Below are positions 12,809-38,413 of a DNA stretch of 64,000 nucleotides, piece after piece (positions within the stretch are counted from its first letter, which is position 1; every line of letters begins with the position of its first letter). Both the position numbers and the translations under genes were made by a program. The stretch lies in NCBI RefSeq assembly GCF_009914755.1, contig NC_060933.1. The stretch is one strand, 5' to 3'. The notes under the pieces are model-generated. The model saw only the letters and a list, made by a program, of their open reading frames with translations. It was not told where the DNA came from and ran no database searches. The DNA comes from the human T2T-CHM13v2.0 reference genome, Homo sapiens.

Positions 12809-13060
12809 GAGGACTCTGTCAAGGATAGAGCCCAAAAACTCACCAACCAAGCTGAACCCCCTTGGACACTCTCTAATTAGACGTCCTGGGTTCTCCCAAT
12901 TCTTAGTCCTTTAACACCTATTTTTCTCCTTTTATTCAGACCTTGTGTCTTTTGTTTAGTTTCTCAATTCATACAAAACCACATCCAGGCCATCACCAAT
13001 AATTCTATACAGCAAATGCTCCTTCTAACAACCCCACAATATCACCCCTTACCATAAAAT
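12809..13060 (+). pseudogene. env: HERV-H env 3' remnant (TM/cytoplasmic tail); most of env is deleted
   Basis: Integrase sequence joins at ~12808 directly to the env TM tail (..ccttgtgtcttttgtttagtttctcaattcatacaaaaccacatccaggccatcacc..). No SU region is visible, as is typical of the common env-deleted HERV-H. Confidence 0.7.
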
Positions 13061-13236
13061 CTTTCTTCAGCTTCATCTCTCCCACTCTAGGTTCCCACGC
13101 TGCCCCTAATCCTGCTCGAAGCAGCCCTGAGAAACATCGCCCGTTATCTCTCAATACCACTCCCAAAAAATTTCACTGCCCCAACACTTCAATACTATTT
13201 TATGTTATTTGTCTTATTAATATAAGAAGGCAGGAA

Positions 13237-13669
13237 TGTCAGGCCTCTGAGCCCAAGCTAAGCCATCGTATCCCCTGTGACCTGCACGTATACATCCAGA
13301 TGGCCTGAAGCAACTGAAGATCCAATTGAAGAAGTGAAAATAGCCTTAACTGATGACATTCCACCATTGTGATTTGTTTCTGCCCCACCCTAACTGATCA
13401 ATGTACTTTGTAATCTCCCGCACCCTTAAGAAGGTTCTTTGTAATTCTCCCCACCCTTGAGAATGTACTTTGTGAGATCCACCCACTGCCTGCAAAACAT
13501 TGCTCCTAACTCCACCGCCTATCCCAAAACCTATGAGAACTAATGATAATCCACCACTCTTTGCTGACTCTCTTTTCGGACTCAGCCCACCTGCACCCAG
13601 GTGACATAAACAGCCTTGTTGCTCACACAAAGCCTGTTTGGTGGTCTCTGCACACGGACACGTGAGACA
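13237..13669 (+). mobile_element. 3' LTR of HERV-H (LTR7 family), 433 bp
   Basis: Preceded by the polypurine tract aagaaggcaggaa (13224-13236). TG...CA termini and characteristic LTR7 sequence throughout. Confidence 0.95.
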
Positions 13670-15430
<1,761 letters not shown>

Positions 15431-15532
15431 GACATATTCCATGTGCTGATGAGAAGAATGTGTATTCTCTCCCTGTTGGATGAGTTCTTCTAGAATTGTC
15501 TATTAGGTCCATTTGGTCTGTAGTGCTGTTTA

Positions 15533-15838
15533 CTTATTTATTTATTTTTTTTTTTGAGACAGAGTCTCACTCTGTCACCCAGGCTGGAGTGCAGTGATGT
15601 GATCTCGGCTCACTGCAAATTCTACCTCCTGGGTTCAAATGTTTCTCCTGCCTCAGCCTCCTGAATAGCTGGGATTACAGGCGTGCGCCACCACACCCGG
15701 CTAGTTTTTGTATTTTTAGTAGAGATGGGGTTTGACCATATGGGTCAGGCTGGTTTCGAACTCCTGCCCTCAACTGATTCACCCACCTCGTCCTCCCAAA
15801 GTGCTGGGATTACAGGCATGAGCCACCACGCACCTAGC
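15533..15838 (-). mobile_element. Alu (S-type) with target-site duplication
   Basis: ctgtagtgctgttta flanks the element on both sides. Confidence 0.9.
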
Positions 15839-16267
15839 CTGTAGTGCTGTTTAAATACAATGTTTCTTTGTTGATTTTCTGTCTAATTGATCTGTCCAGA
15901 GCTGAGAGTGGGATGTTGAAGTCCTAACTGTTATTGTTGGAGTTTATCTCTCCCTTTATACTATTAATAATAATAATGTTTGCTTTATATACCTGGGTGC
16001 TCTGGTGTTGGGTGTGTATATATTTACAATTGTTATATCCTCTCGCTGAACTGATCCCTTATCATCAGCTAATGACCTTCTTTGCCTCTTTCTTCAGTTT
16101 TTGACTTAAAGTCTATTTTATCTGATGTAAGTATAGCACTCCCACTCACTTTTGGATTCTATTTGCATGGAAGATCTTTTTCCAATCCTTCACTTCTAGT
16201 GTATGTATGTCTTTACAGGTTACTTGAGTTTCTTAAAGGCAGCATATAGTTAAAAAAATTTTTTTTT

Positions 16268-16564
<297 letters not shown>

Positions 16565-17184
16565 TTAATCCATTCAACCAGTCTATACCATTTAATTGGG
16601 GGAACTTAATCTGTTAGCATTCAAGGTTATTATTGACAGGTGAGCACTTACTTCTGTCATTTTGTTAATTGTTTTCTGGTTGTTTTGTATATCCTTTGTT
16701 CTTTTCTTATTGTTTTTCTTTGTGGTTTGGTGGTTTTCTGTAGTACTGTTTTGATTCCTTTCTCTTTCTCATTGTGTATCTGCTGTACTGTAGTACTGTT
16801 TTGATTCCTTTCTCTTTCTCATTGTGTATCTGCTGTACCAGTAAATTTTATACTTTTACATGTTTTCATGATGGTCATTATTGTCCTAGGACTCCCATAA
16901 GCAATTCTTGCAAGGCTGGTGTAGTGGTAACAAATTCCCTCAGTTTTTGCTTATCTAGGAAAGACTATTTCTCCTTCATTTCTGAAGGATAACTTTGCTG
17001 AGTATAGAATTCTTGGCTGGCAGGTTTTTTTTTTTTCTTTTAGCCCTTTGATTATGTCATCCCATTCTCTCTTGGCCTATAAATTTCTGCTGAGAAATCC
17101 GCTGTTAGTTGAATAGGGATTCTCTTATGTGTGACTTTATACTTTTCCTTTGCTGTTTTTTATAATTCTTTCTCTTCCACTTTT

Positions 17185-18968
<1,784 letters not shown>

Positions 18969-20957
18969 CACTGGGTTATTTCACAAGGCCTAGCTTCAAG
19001 TTCAGAAATTATTTCTTCTGCTTGTCTAATCTGTTGTCAAAGCTCTTGATTATATTTTTTATTTTATACACTGAATTCTTTAGCTTCAAGATTTCTGTTT
19101 GGTTCTTTTTTATGATATCTATTTTTTTGTTACATTTCTCATTCAGATTTGATTTTGTTGAATTGTCTATCTGTATTCTCCTGTATCTCACTGAGTTTTC
19201 TTAAGATCATTATTTTGGATTCCTTTTCAGGCACTTCATAGATTTCCTTTTCTTTCAGGTCTATTTGTAGAGAACTATTGCGTTCCTTTAGAGGTGTCAT
19301 GTTTCCTTGCTTTTTCATGTTTCTTGTGTCCCTATATTGACATCTCTATGTCTAGTGGAAGAATTGCCTCTTCCAGTCTTATGGAGTAGCATTCATAGGG
19401 AAACTGTTTTCTGTAGATGTGTCCTATAGTGTCAGTTAGGTGGGATGCTTTGGCTTTGGCTCTGGGCAGTAGTGTAGTCTCCATGTGATTTCTTTAACTG
19501 TAATCAACACCCATAGTGTCTGCAAATGCCTCAGTGGCATAGACTGCAGCTCTATGTGGAGAGAGGGCATGGCTTTTGTGGAGAGAGGACATGGCTTTTC
19601 TAGGGATGGAAGTCACTGGGCAGGCTGGATTTTAGGCCCTAGAGGAGCACATGCAGGGCACAGCAGGCCCATTGGTCATGGAAGTGGGGTTCCTGGTGGT
19701 GGTGGCAGGTGCAGGCAGGCTGATCCTCAGACTATGGGGGTGCATGCAACACATGGCAGCTCTGCCATTCAAAGGGGTGGGGTTTCCAGTGGCAGTGGGC
19801 ACTGATTGGCCAGTCCTCAAACCCTCTGGGGTGTGTGCATCAGTTCTCCCAGTCTTTGGGGCAGCCTTCCTGCTGTGCTGGACTGCTGGTTCCTTGGGGG
19901 TGCAGGGTGCTGTGTGGGCTCAGGAGCTGCGTGATGGTTATACCACTGAGTCTAGCTGGGGTCCTGGCATTGCAGCCTTGTATGAGGGTATGATGGGATG
20001 GAAGTGGGGCCTCATGGATGTGGAGATGCAGGGGCTATTGGCCCTTAGGGCAGAAGGCACTCCAGCAGTGGCTGTCTTCTCAAAATGGCAATGTGCCATA
20101 GCAGCTTGGGTCCCTGGGAGTGCAAGGGGCATTGTGTGTTGGTTCTCCAGAGCAATGCAACTATGTGGACTCCTGGCAGCTCCCTCTACTGGGCTCAGGG
20201 CCTGTGAGGACTATGGGGCTCTCCTGTAGCTAGCATTGTAGACATCCACCTTGGTAATGGGGACTGCTGGGGATCTACCACTTACCTTTTCCCCATAATG
20301 GGGAGTCTGTTGTGGGTCTAAGCTAATCCTGGACAGATGCTTTGCTTCCCTATGTTGCCATCTGGAATTTACAGGGGGGTTTTGTTTTTTCCTTGCTGTA
20401 TTTCAGTGTCCTCCCTTAGATATCCCACTCAAAGTGTAGTTATTTATTTGATGTTTTGGCTCTTCTTTGTGGAGGAGATGAGCATTGAGTACCTCTAGTC
20501 AGCTATCTTCCAGATCACTCTAGGAGTATCTCAAAATGGTTACTTCTACCCTCCCCCCTCCCCCACCCTTGTTAGAAACATGAGGAGTTTCTCTTGGCTC
20601 TTTACTGTCGGAATCTGGTGAGACTCCAGGAGGTAAAAGCCACAGAAGTATAGAGGGGGTGTCCTAAGACTGAAACCCCTAGAAGTTTCTCACTCTTGTG
20701 CTAGTCTACATGCTGCAATTTTTCAACATGTAGCAATTTTTCAAAGTTACTATTAAGTGTTCGTACCAGTTTATGGCTCCAGCAGCTTCTGATCCAGGTA
20801 AGCTGATCTCAACAGTGATTCTTTGTACTTGCCTGTACTTCCAGATTTCATGGTGGCAGTTTGTCCTGTGACCTTAATTCTCTGATAAGTTCAAGAAAAG
20901 TAATTTATTTTAAGTTTGTTCAGCTTTTTAAATTATCGTACTAAAGAGAGAGATGAC

Positions 20958-21318
<361 letters not shown>

Positions 21319-21575
21319 TTATACACAAATTTACAATTTCTGGTGCTCCTTTATTCCTTTTTGTGGATCCATATTTTCAACTTGTGTCATTTTTCTTTAG
21401 CTCAAAGAACTTTTGAAAATATCTCTTTTAGCATAGATTTTCTGGCAGTAAATTATCTTACCTTTTGTTTGTTCAAAAGTATCTTTGTTTTGCCTTTGTT
21501 TTTAAGGTTACCTCTGTGGGTCTAGAATTCTAAGTTGGCTGATTATTTCCCCTTTTCAGCACTTGAAAGATGTAG

Positions 21576-23602
<2,027 letters not shown>

Positions 23603-24329
23603 CCTCCTTTTATTCTCTATATTGTAATTCTGTCATCTCTGTCATACCTGGTTTCATATATGTTTACTAATTTATCTTCATTTATGTCATGTTTCTCCAC
23701 CTCTTTGCATGTCTAGTAATTTTTGATTGAGTGTTGGACAGTATGAATGCTATGTTACTAAGTGTTTGGATTTGTCATCTTCCTTTTATTGAGTTTTGTT
23801 TGTTAAGTAGTTAATTTACTTGTAGATCAACTTGACCCTCAAGTCTTCTCTAAAAGTTTTGTTAGAGAAGGTCTCAAGTAGGCTTTATTCTATGGATAAC
23901 TTAGGTCTACACTTGAGGCATGGCCTTTCTGAGTTTTCCGCTGAATGGCCAGAGTTTTCAGCAATTTTTCTCCACCCTGACTCGTCCTGCGTGAGCTGAG
24001 GTGACTGTTCAGGTCAGAGCTCCTCTGCAGATTTTCTTTGCCCCACTTTGTGGAGTCTCACTCTACACATGCCCAGCTTCATATTCAGCCAAAGACTCAA
24101 GGGGACACCTATGCAGATTTCTGAAGCTCTTTTGCTGTGTGGCTCCTTCTTTTTTGGCAGTCTGCCCTTCAAATTCTGCCTCCTTTGTTGCCCCACCTTC
24201 CACCCTCTGTCCTGTAATCTCAATAGGAGGATTGGACTTCCTTTGGTATCCTCCTCCTCAGGCTGTGGTTAGAAAATTGTTCCTAGAGAGCCAGGCAAGG
24301 CAATTGTGAACAAAAAAATGACATTTTAA

Positions 24330-25487
<1,158 letters not shown>

Positions 25488-25879
25488 ATTTTCTTTTAAA
25501 TTGAATGCCAATACTAACCTGTTGAATACCAATTCCAACAACATTTGTTGAATAATCTTTCCTTTCCTCACAAATTTTAAGTCTCATCTACTAAATTTGT
25601 GTACACACACACCCGTTTTCTTCTATGGCACTATTCTATTAGTTTTTTCTCTTCATACATGTATCCTAGTTCTTTATGATTTTATGTTTTAAATATTAAA
25701 TAGAAAAAGTTTATTGTAAATATGATACAGAAAGAAAGAGTTAAAATTCCATTATTTCCAATGTCTTCCTTAGGTTAATCACTGTAACAGTTTCATGAAT
25801 ATGCTCCCAAACATTTTATATAAAAATATATCGACAAAAAGAACAATACCTAACACTTATTAAGCTTTTACTGTTTTTT

Positions 25880-26336
<457 letters not shown>

Positions 26337-26354
26337 AAGCTTTTACTGTTTAAC

Positions 26355-26560
26355 ATAGTTTCTAGGCACTGTTCTAAGTGCTTTACAAATATGGACTCCT
26401 TTACTTCTCATAATAACCCTATATGGTGGGGATTACCCTCTCCTTAACAGATGTGGAAACAGACATCGAGGATCATGCCCCGGGTCATACAGCTAGTCAA
26501 TGGCAAAGCCATGATGTGACGACGTGGCAACCTGGCTCCAGAGCCCAAACCTCCTGTTGC
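26355..26560 (-). mobile_element. MIR SINE remnant
   Basis: ggcactgttctaagtgctttaca...aaccctat...acagatgtggaaac..ggtcatacagctagt matches the MIR core. Confidence 0.7.
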
Positions 26561-27134
26561 TTCTTCATTCCCACAGATGGTCTCACTGGGCACCATAAAG
26601 CTTCTAAGCCTTTGGCTGCCTAAAACGTCCCATTGCTGTGTCATTGCAAGTTCTTTCATGACTGCGTATGTCTTTCCCAGTGAGGCAATTTGTCACCTTC
26701 TTTGCCTGTTTTTGGTTGAATCATCTTTTTATTGTTCATCTTAAGCAGCTCTGTGGATGTCAAGAAAATCCACTCTTAGTCGCATGGATTGCTAATATTT
26801 CAAAGGTGTTTATTTACTTTGCTTATGATTTTTTTTTTTAATTAGCCTTTGAGTGCTTTTTTTGCTTCTGTCTTACAAGAATTTCAAATTTTTCTAGAAT
26901 CCAACTTACCAGTGTTTTCCTTTAATGTGGTGGTTCTTAGCCCTGGCTATGCACTATACACAGGCTTTTATGTTTACAAAGCTCCCAAGTGATTCTCCTG
27001 TGCCACTGCCCTGAGGCTTCCTCTACTTTAGGATTACAAAATTCTTAGCTCTTTTTGTTCTCCTTGGTAATTTTACTTTGTATTTGCATCAACCTATCTA
27101 GAATTTGTGGTCTTTTTTGATTGTTTATTTGTCT

Positions 27135-27662
<528 letters not shown>

Positions 27663-27918
27663 TAATTATTGTCACTTTATCATACATTTTTATATGGTCG
27701 GAAAAGTCCCTCTTGATTTTTTTCTATGCTGTACTCAGCATTTCATTTATCTGTTCTTTCAGATTAGCTTTGTTATGAATATTTCTATTTCCTTGCACCC
27801 ATCTTTTTACACTCCCATTTCTCCAGGGGAAAACGTCCAGAAACAAATGAATCCTCAGGTCTGGAACTCAGGAGAAGACTCTGGACTGAGCTATGGATCT
27901 GGAAACTCCTGAACAGAG

Positions 27919-28127
27919 CAGTGGTTCCAAGCTGGAGACGATTTTGCACCTGGGGGACGTCTGCAAGGTCTGGAGACAGTTTGGGTTGTCACAACCGAAG
28001 GAGTGCTATGGCACTTAGTGGGATCAGGCAGGGATGTTGTTAAACACTGTACAGTGCACAGGACAGCCCTCCCCAACAGAGTTCCTGGACCGTACATGTT
28101 AATGGTGCTGGGGCTGAGAGGCCACTG
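27919..28127 (+). mobile_element. MER20 (hAT-Charlie non-autonomous DNA transposon)
   Basis: CAGTGG...CCACTG terminal inverted repeats. Internal gtctggagaca..ggttgtcacaac and tgcacaggacagccc match MER20. Confidence 0.8.
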
Positions 28128-28646
28128 ATGGACTCGTGGAGCTGGCGAGGCGGCCCTGGAGTCTGTGGCCTGTGAGGGAAGCGGGAACCTCTGAGGGAGT
28201 GCAGCGTTCAGCAGCATCCACCCATCCAGCCACGAGGCCTGGCAGAGGGGTGGGAGAGGAGGTGGACCTGCCGTAGACCCCACAAGCCTGTCAAGGAGCT
28301 GGGACTTGGAGTGAAAAGGAGAGCGACGTGGTCAGAACTGTGCCTTAGAAAGACCACTCTGGACACAGAGAGGGGGCTGGGGAGAGGCGAGGGCTGCATG
28401 GTGCTGTGGCTGCCTGCTGGAATGGCAGGCTAGGCCATTGTGGGCAGCAGTGAGGGAAGGGGTGATTCGGGAGCTGGAAGAGGCAGGACAGGGCAACGGG
28501 CTGGACTTGATGGGTGAGAGAAGCTAGTGACCTTTGGCATGTAGCAAACAGTTCTCATGCCCTGCCACCAGCATCATGCCAGGGCAGGCTGGGCTCTCAC
28601 CCTCACAGAATGTCCCATGAATAATTATGTAACTAAAAGTGCTGTG

Positions 28647-29077
28647 TGTTGCAGGTAGCAACTAACCGGGGCTGGTGGCGTGGGCAGTAAAAAGAATTTA
28701 CCAAGACTGTTGTAGGTAAAGAAAGGCAGATTTATGAGAGAAAGTAGGAAAATACGTTGCAAGAAAGCAATGGGCAATCACCAAGAGAGGCGCTGGCAGC
28801 AAGAGCTGAAGGCGTGCTGGGGATTTTATAGGATGGGGCTTGTGCCGGAGAGGGCCATGTGCAGTGCTGATAACGCCCAGGTTGCAGGGAGCTAACGCGT
28901 TTTTCTATCAGCCGAGGATCTGGTGATAACTGGGCGTAGGAAGATTGTGATTTGTCTGCACGGGAGGGCCGTGTGTCCTGGACCATGAAGAAAGGCAGAC
29001 TCACAGCTTCTCCGCTCTCTCTGTTGCTTTCCCCTGGTCCCACCAGTCTGACTCCTTTCCCTCATTAGGACTCCGCA
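28647..29077 (-). mobile_element. Solo ERV LTR (LTR47-like, tentative)
   Basis: About 430 bp with TG..CA ends. The minus strand begins TGCGGAGTCCTAATGAGGGAAAGGAGTCAG. Family assigned from memory. Confidence 0.55.
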
Positions 29078-29791
29078 GCATGGACACCATGAAGGGAGGC
29101 AGAGCCTGTGACAGGAACGCTCAGCCAGGGAGGCTTCTCTGATGAGGGCCAGAGCTGTCCAGGCCAGGCCTGGGGGGACAGACGCACATTCACGTTCAAG
29201 GTTTTATTTGAACATGGTTTCAATGAATCCTCTCAATGTTTTGAAATTCCAACTTAGTTTCAGTCGTCTACAAAACCTTTGCTCCCCCGTAGCAGCACCC
29301 CCTTTATGTTGTTATTATCACAAATTACATCTTGACACACTGGGCCACCAGCAGGACTTATAATTATTGTAATAGGCAGTTGTCTCTTTAAATTGCAAGG
29401 CACTTACAGCGAAGGTGCCTGCATGCTCCCTCTAGTCCCCCAGGGAAGCAGCCCGAGCCCCTGGGAAGGGCCAGGTATTAACTTGCCAGACATCGCAGCT
29501 CATTCCAGGCTCCCAGCCACTCTTCCGTCAGTGGATTCCAATTCTGAAAATCGGCTCATGTCCAGAAACAGCACGGGAGTGTGACTTCCTGCTGGGGCAG
29601 CCCCTCAGCCCCTGCCCTCTGTTGACTCTTACATGTGAAGCTTCCCCCTTGTTGGCCACTGGTTTCACCCCTCAGGGCACCGTGCTCTGTTACCACCCCC
29701 TGTTACTGCCCCCAAGCCCCTCGGTGGCCGCCTGCCTCATCTTCCCCACGGGGATTAGGGAGCCCGGCTCTGTAGCTGCGTCTCCCATCAT

Positions 29792-30083
29792 CAGCACAGG
29801 CTGCAGAGGGGGAACCCCTCGACTCTCCCACCCTCAGCACAGGCTGCAGATGGGGAACCCCTCAACTCTCCCACCCTCAGCACAGGCTGCAGACGGGGAA
29901 CCCCTCGACTCTCCCACCCTCAGCACAGGCTGCAGAGGGGGAACCCCTCGACTCTCCCACCCTCAGCACAGGCTGCAGACGGGGAACCCCTCGACTCTCC
30001 CACCCTCAGCACAGGCTGCAGACGGGGAACCTCTTGACTCTCCCACCCTCAGCACAGGCTGCAGACGGGGAATGCCTCGACTT
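29792..30083 (+). repeat. 43-bp minisatellite, about 6.7 copies
   Basis: Unit cagcacaggctgcagacggggaacccctcgactctcccaccct starts at 29792, 29835, 29878, and so on to 30050. Confidence 0.95.
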
Positions 30084-31085
30084 CCTGGTGATGCTGGTGT
30101 TCTCCCTAGGGCTTCCTGCACACCCACCTCCCTCCACCCCATTCCTTCCTCTACCAGCTGTCAGAGAACTTGAGGGTTTCTGCTTCACTGTGAGCTGGCT
30201 ACCACTTTTTTCAAGGCTTTTAAGAGCCATTCCAAGTTTTCCCCACCTCCTGGGTCCTGAGAAAGTGCCCCACTGCAGCAAATGCTTCCAGACCCTTGGT
30301 CAAGCTCCTCACTCTCCCATCCCGGGACTTCTCTTCTGCCCCAGCTGAGGCCATCAACCAGTTCTTGCAATTACTTAGCTGTGCAGCCCCTTTCTCCCTT
30401 TTTAGGCTTAGCACCCTGCCCCTTCCCGTTGGTCTGTGCTGGGATTTAGCCCTCGCAATTGGCCTGGCAGGCAGGTGGGACAGCTCCTGAGGCGAGCACT
30501 TGCTTCCTGGTGAGACAGGTGATTCCGTAACATCTCCAGCACAGTAGATGTGCTCACCTTTATGGGGCAGGAGGACCTGTGCACTTCCAGAGGTTCCAGA
30601 GGACTGGAGGGTCCTCATCGTTACATCTTTGGGACCCAGATTTTCCCCAGGGGACCCTTACTTTCTACCTTTGCAGAGCTGACCCACCGGTGGCCCTTCA
30701 CTCTGGTTAAGTGCCTGTTTACCTCTGTGGTAGAGGCACTCCAGTCTCACACCGAGCTTGGTAACAGTTCTCAGGATGTCGGTATGGGGAACCAGCCCGC
30801 TGTCCTGTCTTTGTTGGTTTGGTTGCTCCCCACTCCCAGTTTTTCAGGGGCCTGCATCATCCCACCAGCCACAGCGCTGTGCTCCACCGAGATATTTTCC
30901 CAGGTCATCACTCATGAAGCTCCCACCGTGTGCCAGGGACCACCGGACCTCCCAGCCAACCAGGACAGCAGCCTCTGCACCCTTTGGGTGGTGGGCAGGA
31001 CAGTCCCAGATCCTCTCCTGATGCCACTTATGTTAGTCCAGGTCTTCCAAGATGCAGATGGGATAAAGGTATAAGGATTTGGTTA

Positions 31086-36200
<5,115 letters not shown>

Positions 36201-37432
36201 GACTTTTTATTTTTTTTAAAAAGAAATGAATTTCAAAAGCATGTACAACTGCACAATAAATTGCACGTAGATGTACAGAGAGAAAGGGAACGGTGAACAC
36301 AAAATTCTGGACAGTGATGACCTCTGAGATGCGGAAGTCCGGGAGGGGCTGCACCGTGCTTGGATGCTGGGATCCTCTGTGTCTTCCACAGAGCCCTAGT
36401 GCCTGTTATTATTTGTAGAATTAAATGTTAATTATATAAAAAGAAAAAAACCCTCCTAGTTCTCCTCCCCGCTTCCCCATAAGAGGACCCAGCACACAGT
36501 GACAGAGTTGAGATCTACAGGGGACATCGCAGGAACAACTGAAGAGGTGCTGGGCTTGCAGGTGCTGTGCTGGGAGGGTGGGGTGCAGGAGCCTAGTGTG
36601 GAGGGCGGCCGGGGTGTGGCTACAACCACCACCTCCCACCGCAAGGGCTGTGACCAACTTTGGGACCCCTGGAGGAGTTTCTGGGGAACCAGAGTGACAC
36701 CAGTCTGTCCAATTTGTGACCTTCCCCAGTGGCGGGAGCCTGGGTGGGTGTCTCTGGAGGTTCCAGATGGGAATTCTGCCAGGTGAGAAAGAGGGTGAGG
36801 GAGTGAGGGATGGGGGTGGGGGACAGGGGGCAGCAGAAGGACTCTGAGGTTGGAGAGGGATGGGGGAGGGGCTGTGAGCAAGTGTGCTGGAGGGTCCGGA
36901 GGAAGATGGGACCCTCGAGGGGTGACAAGCTCGCTGGTCGTTGGCTTAGACACTGCAGCAGTGCCCACCACGCAGCCTGTCCTGGACTTAGTCACCCCCA
37001 GCTCCAGACTTGTCAACTCTACACATTTCTCTTGTGGATTCTCTTCCCTATAGCCCTGGATGAGCATTTCAAACCCTCTCCTCCCTCGCCAACCTGCAAA
37101 TGCCCCCTTCTCACTCTCAGTTGCTTGTTTTGTTTCTTGTTTCACTGAGAAAGTAGAATAATCACAATAAAACCCTCATCCTCCCCCAAATGAATCCTCC
37201 AGCCCACCTGTGCCTGCAATCGTGCGACCCGCTTTTCTTTCCCTGCCTCGAGTGAGCTGTCCCAAGTCTGATGCCCTCTTGCCTGGACGAGGCAAGACAC
37301 TCTTTTTCTTGCATCAGCAATTTTTCTTTCTGTTGAGTCATTGCCATCACATACGAAGTCCAATAATATCCCCTACCTTAAAAAACAAACAAACAAAAAA
37401 CTCCTTAATGCTGCATCTGTGTTGTTCCCTGT

Positions 37433-38413
37433 CTCACTGGACAAGCTGTCTACACCTGCTGTAGGGACTTCCTCACCGAACGAGCTGTCTACACCTGCTG
37501 TAGGGATTTCCTCACCAACCGAGCTGTCTACACCTCCTGTAGGGACTTCCTCACCGACCGAGCTGTCTACACCTGCTGTAGGGACTTCCTCACCGACCGA
37601 GCTGTCTACACCTGCTGTAGGGACTTCCTCACCGACCGAGCTGTCTACACCTGCTGTAGGGACTTCCTCACCGACCGAGCTGTCTACACCTGCTGTAGGG
37701 ACTTCCTCACCGACCGAGCTGTCTACACCTGCTGTAGGGACTTCCTCACCGACCGAGCTGTCTACACCTGCTGTAGGGACTTCCTCACCGACCGAGCTGT
37801 CTACACCTGCTGTAGGGACTTCCTCACCGACCGAGCTGTCTACACCTGCTGTAGGCACTTCCTCACCGACCGAGCTGTCTACACCTGCTGTAGGCACTTC
37901 CTCACTGGACGAGCTGTCTACACCTGCTGTAGGCACTTCCTCACTGGACGAGCTGTCTACACCTGCTGTAGGCACTTCCTCACTGAACGAGCTGTCTACA
38001 CCTGCTGTAGGGACTTCCTCACCGACCGAGCTGTCTACACCTGCTGTAGGGACTTCCTCACCGACCAAGCTGTCTACACCTGCTGTAGGGACTTCCTAAC
38101 TGAACAAGCTGTCTACACCCGCAGTAGGCACTGCCTCACTGACCGAGCTGTCTACACCCGCTATAGGGACTTCCTAACTGAACAAGCTGTCTACACCCAC
38201 AGTAGGCACTGCCTCACTGACCGAGCTGTCTACACCCGCTATAGACACTTCCTCACTGACCGAGCTGTCTATACCTGCTGTAGGGACTTCCTCACTGAAC
38301 GAGCTGTCTACACCTGCTGTAGGCACTTCCTCACTGAATGAGCTGTCTATACCTGCTGTAGGGACTTCCTCACTGAACGAGCTGTCTACACCCGCTGTAG
38401 GGACTTCCTCACA
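37433..38413 (+). repeat. 39-bp minisatellite, about 25 copies, embedded in an L2 remnant
   Basis: Unit gagctgtctacacctgctgtagggacttcctcaccgacc (13 codons). The downstream flank cattctcttcaatccgccccactcgggc..tctgtggaaactgct resembles L2 RT sequence. Confidence 0.95.

Larger units (their letters stand above)
1..13669 (+). mobile_element. HERV-H endogenous retrovirus provirus (internal region plus 3' LTR7); 5' LTR lies outside the window
   Basis: Elements occur in retroviral order: gag C-terminus (..DSLPDLLGLAAED*), protease DTG, RT, RNase H, integrase, env TM tail, polypurine tract, then an LTR7-type LTR (tgtcaggcctctgagcccaagc...gagaca). Confidence 0.95.

Noticed and set aside
37341-38099. 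252-aa mucin-like ORF (ELSTPAVGTSSPT)n and its 231-aa antisense ORF
   Set aside because: The frames are open only because the 39-bp unit is a stop-free multiple of 3. Starts are non-ATG and there is no signal peptide or gene structure.
37433-38413. 39-bp unit as a multimerised RE1 site (GCTGTC...TGCTG)
   Set aside because: Half-site spacing is off by one base and the core CC/GG positions do not match.
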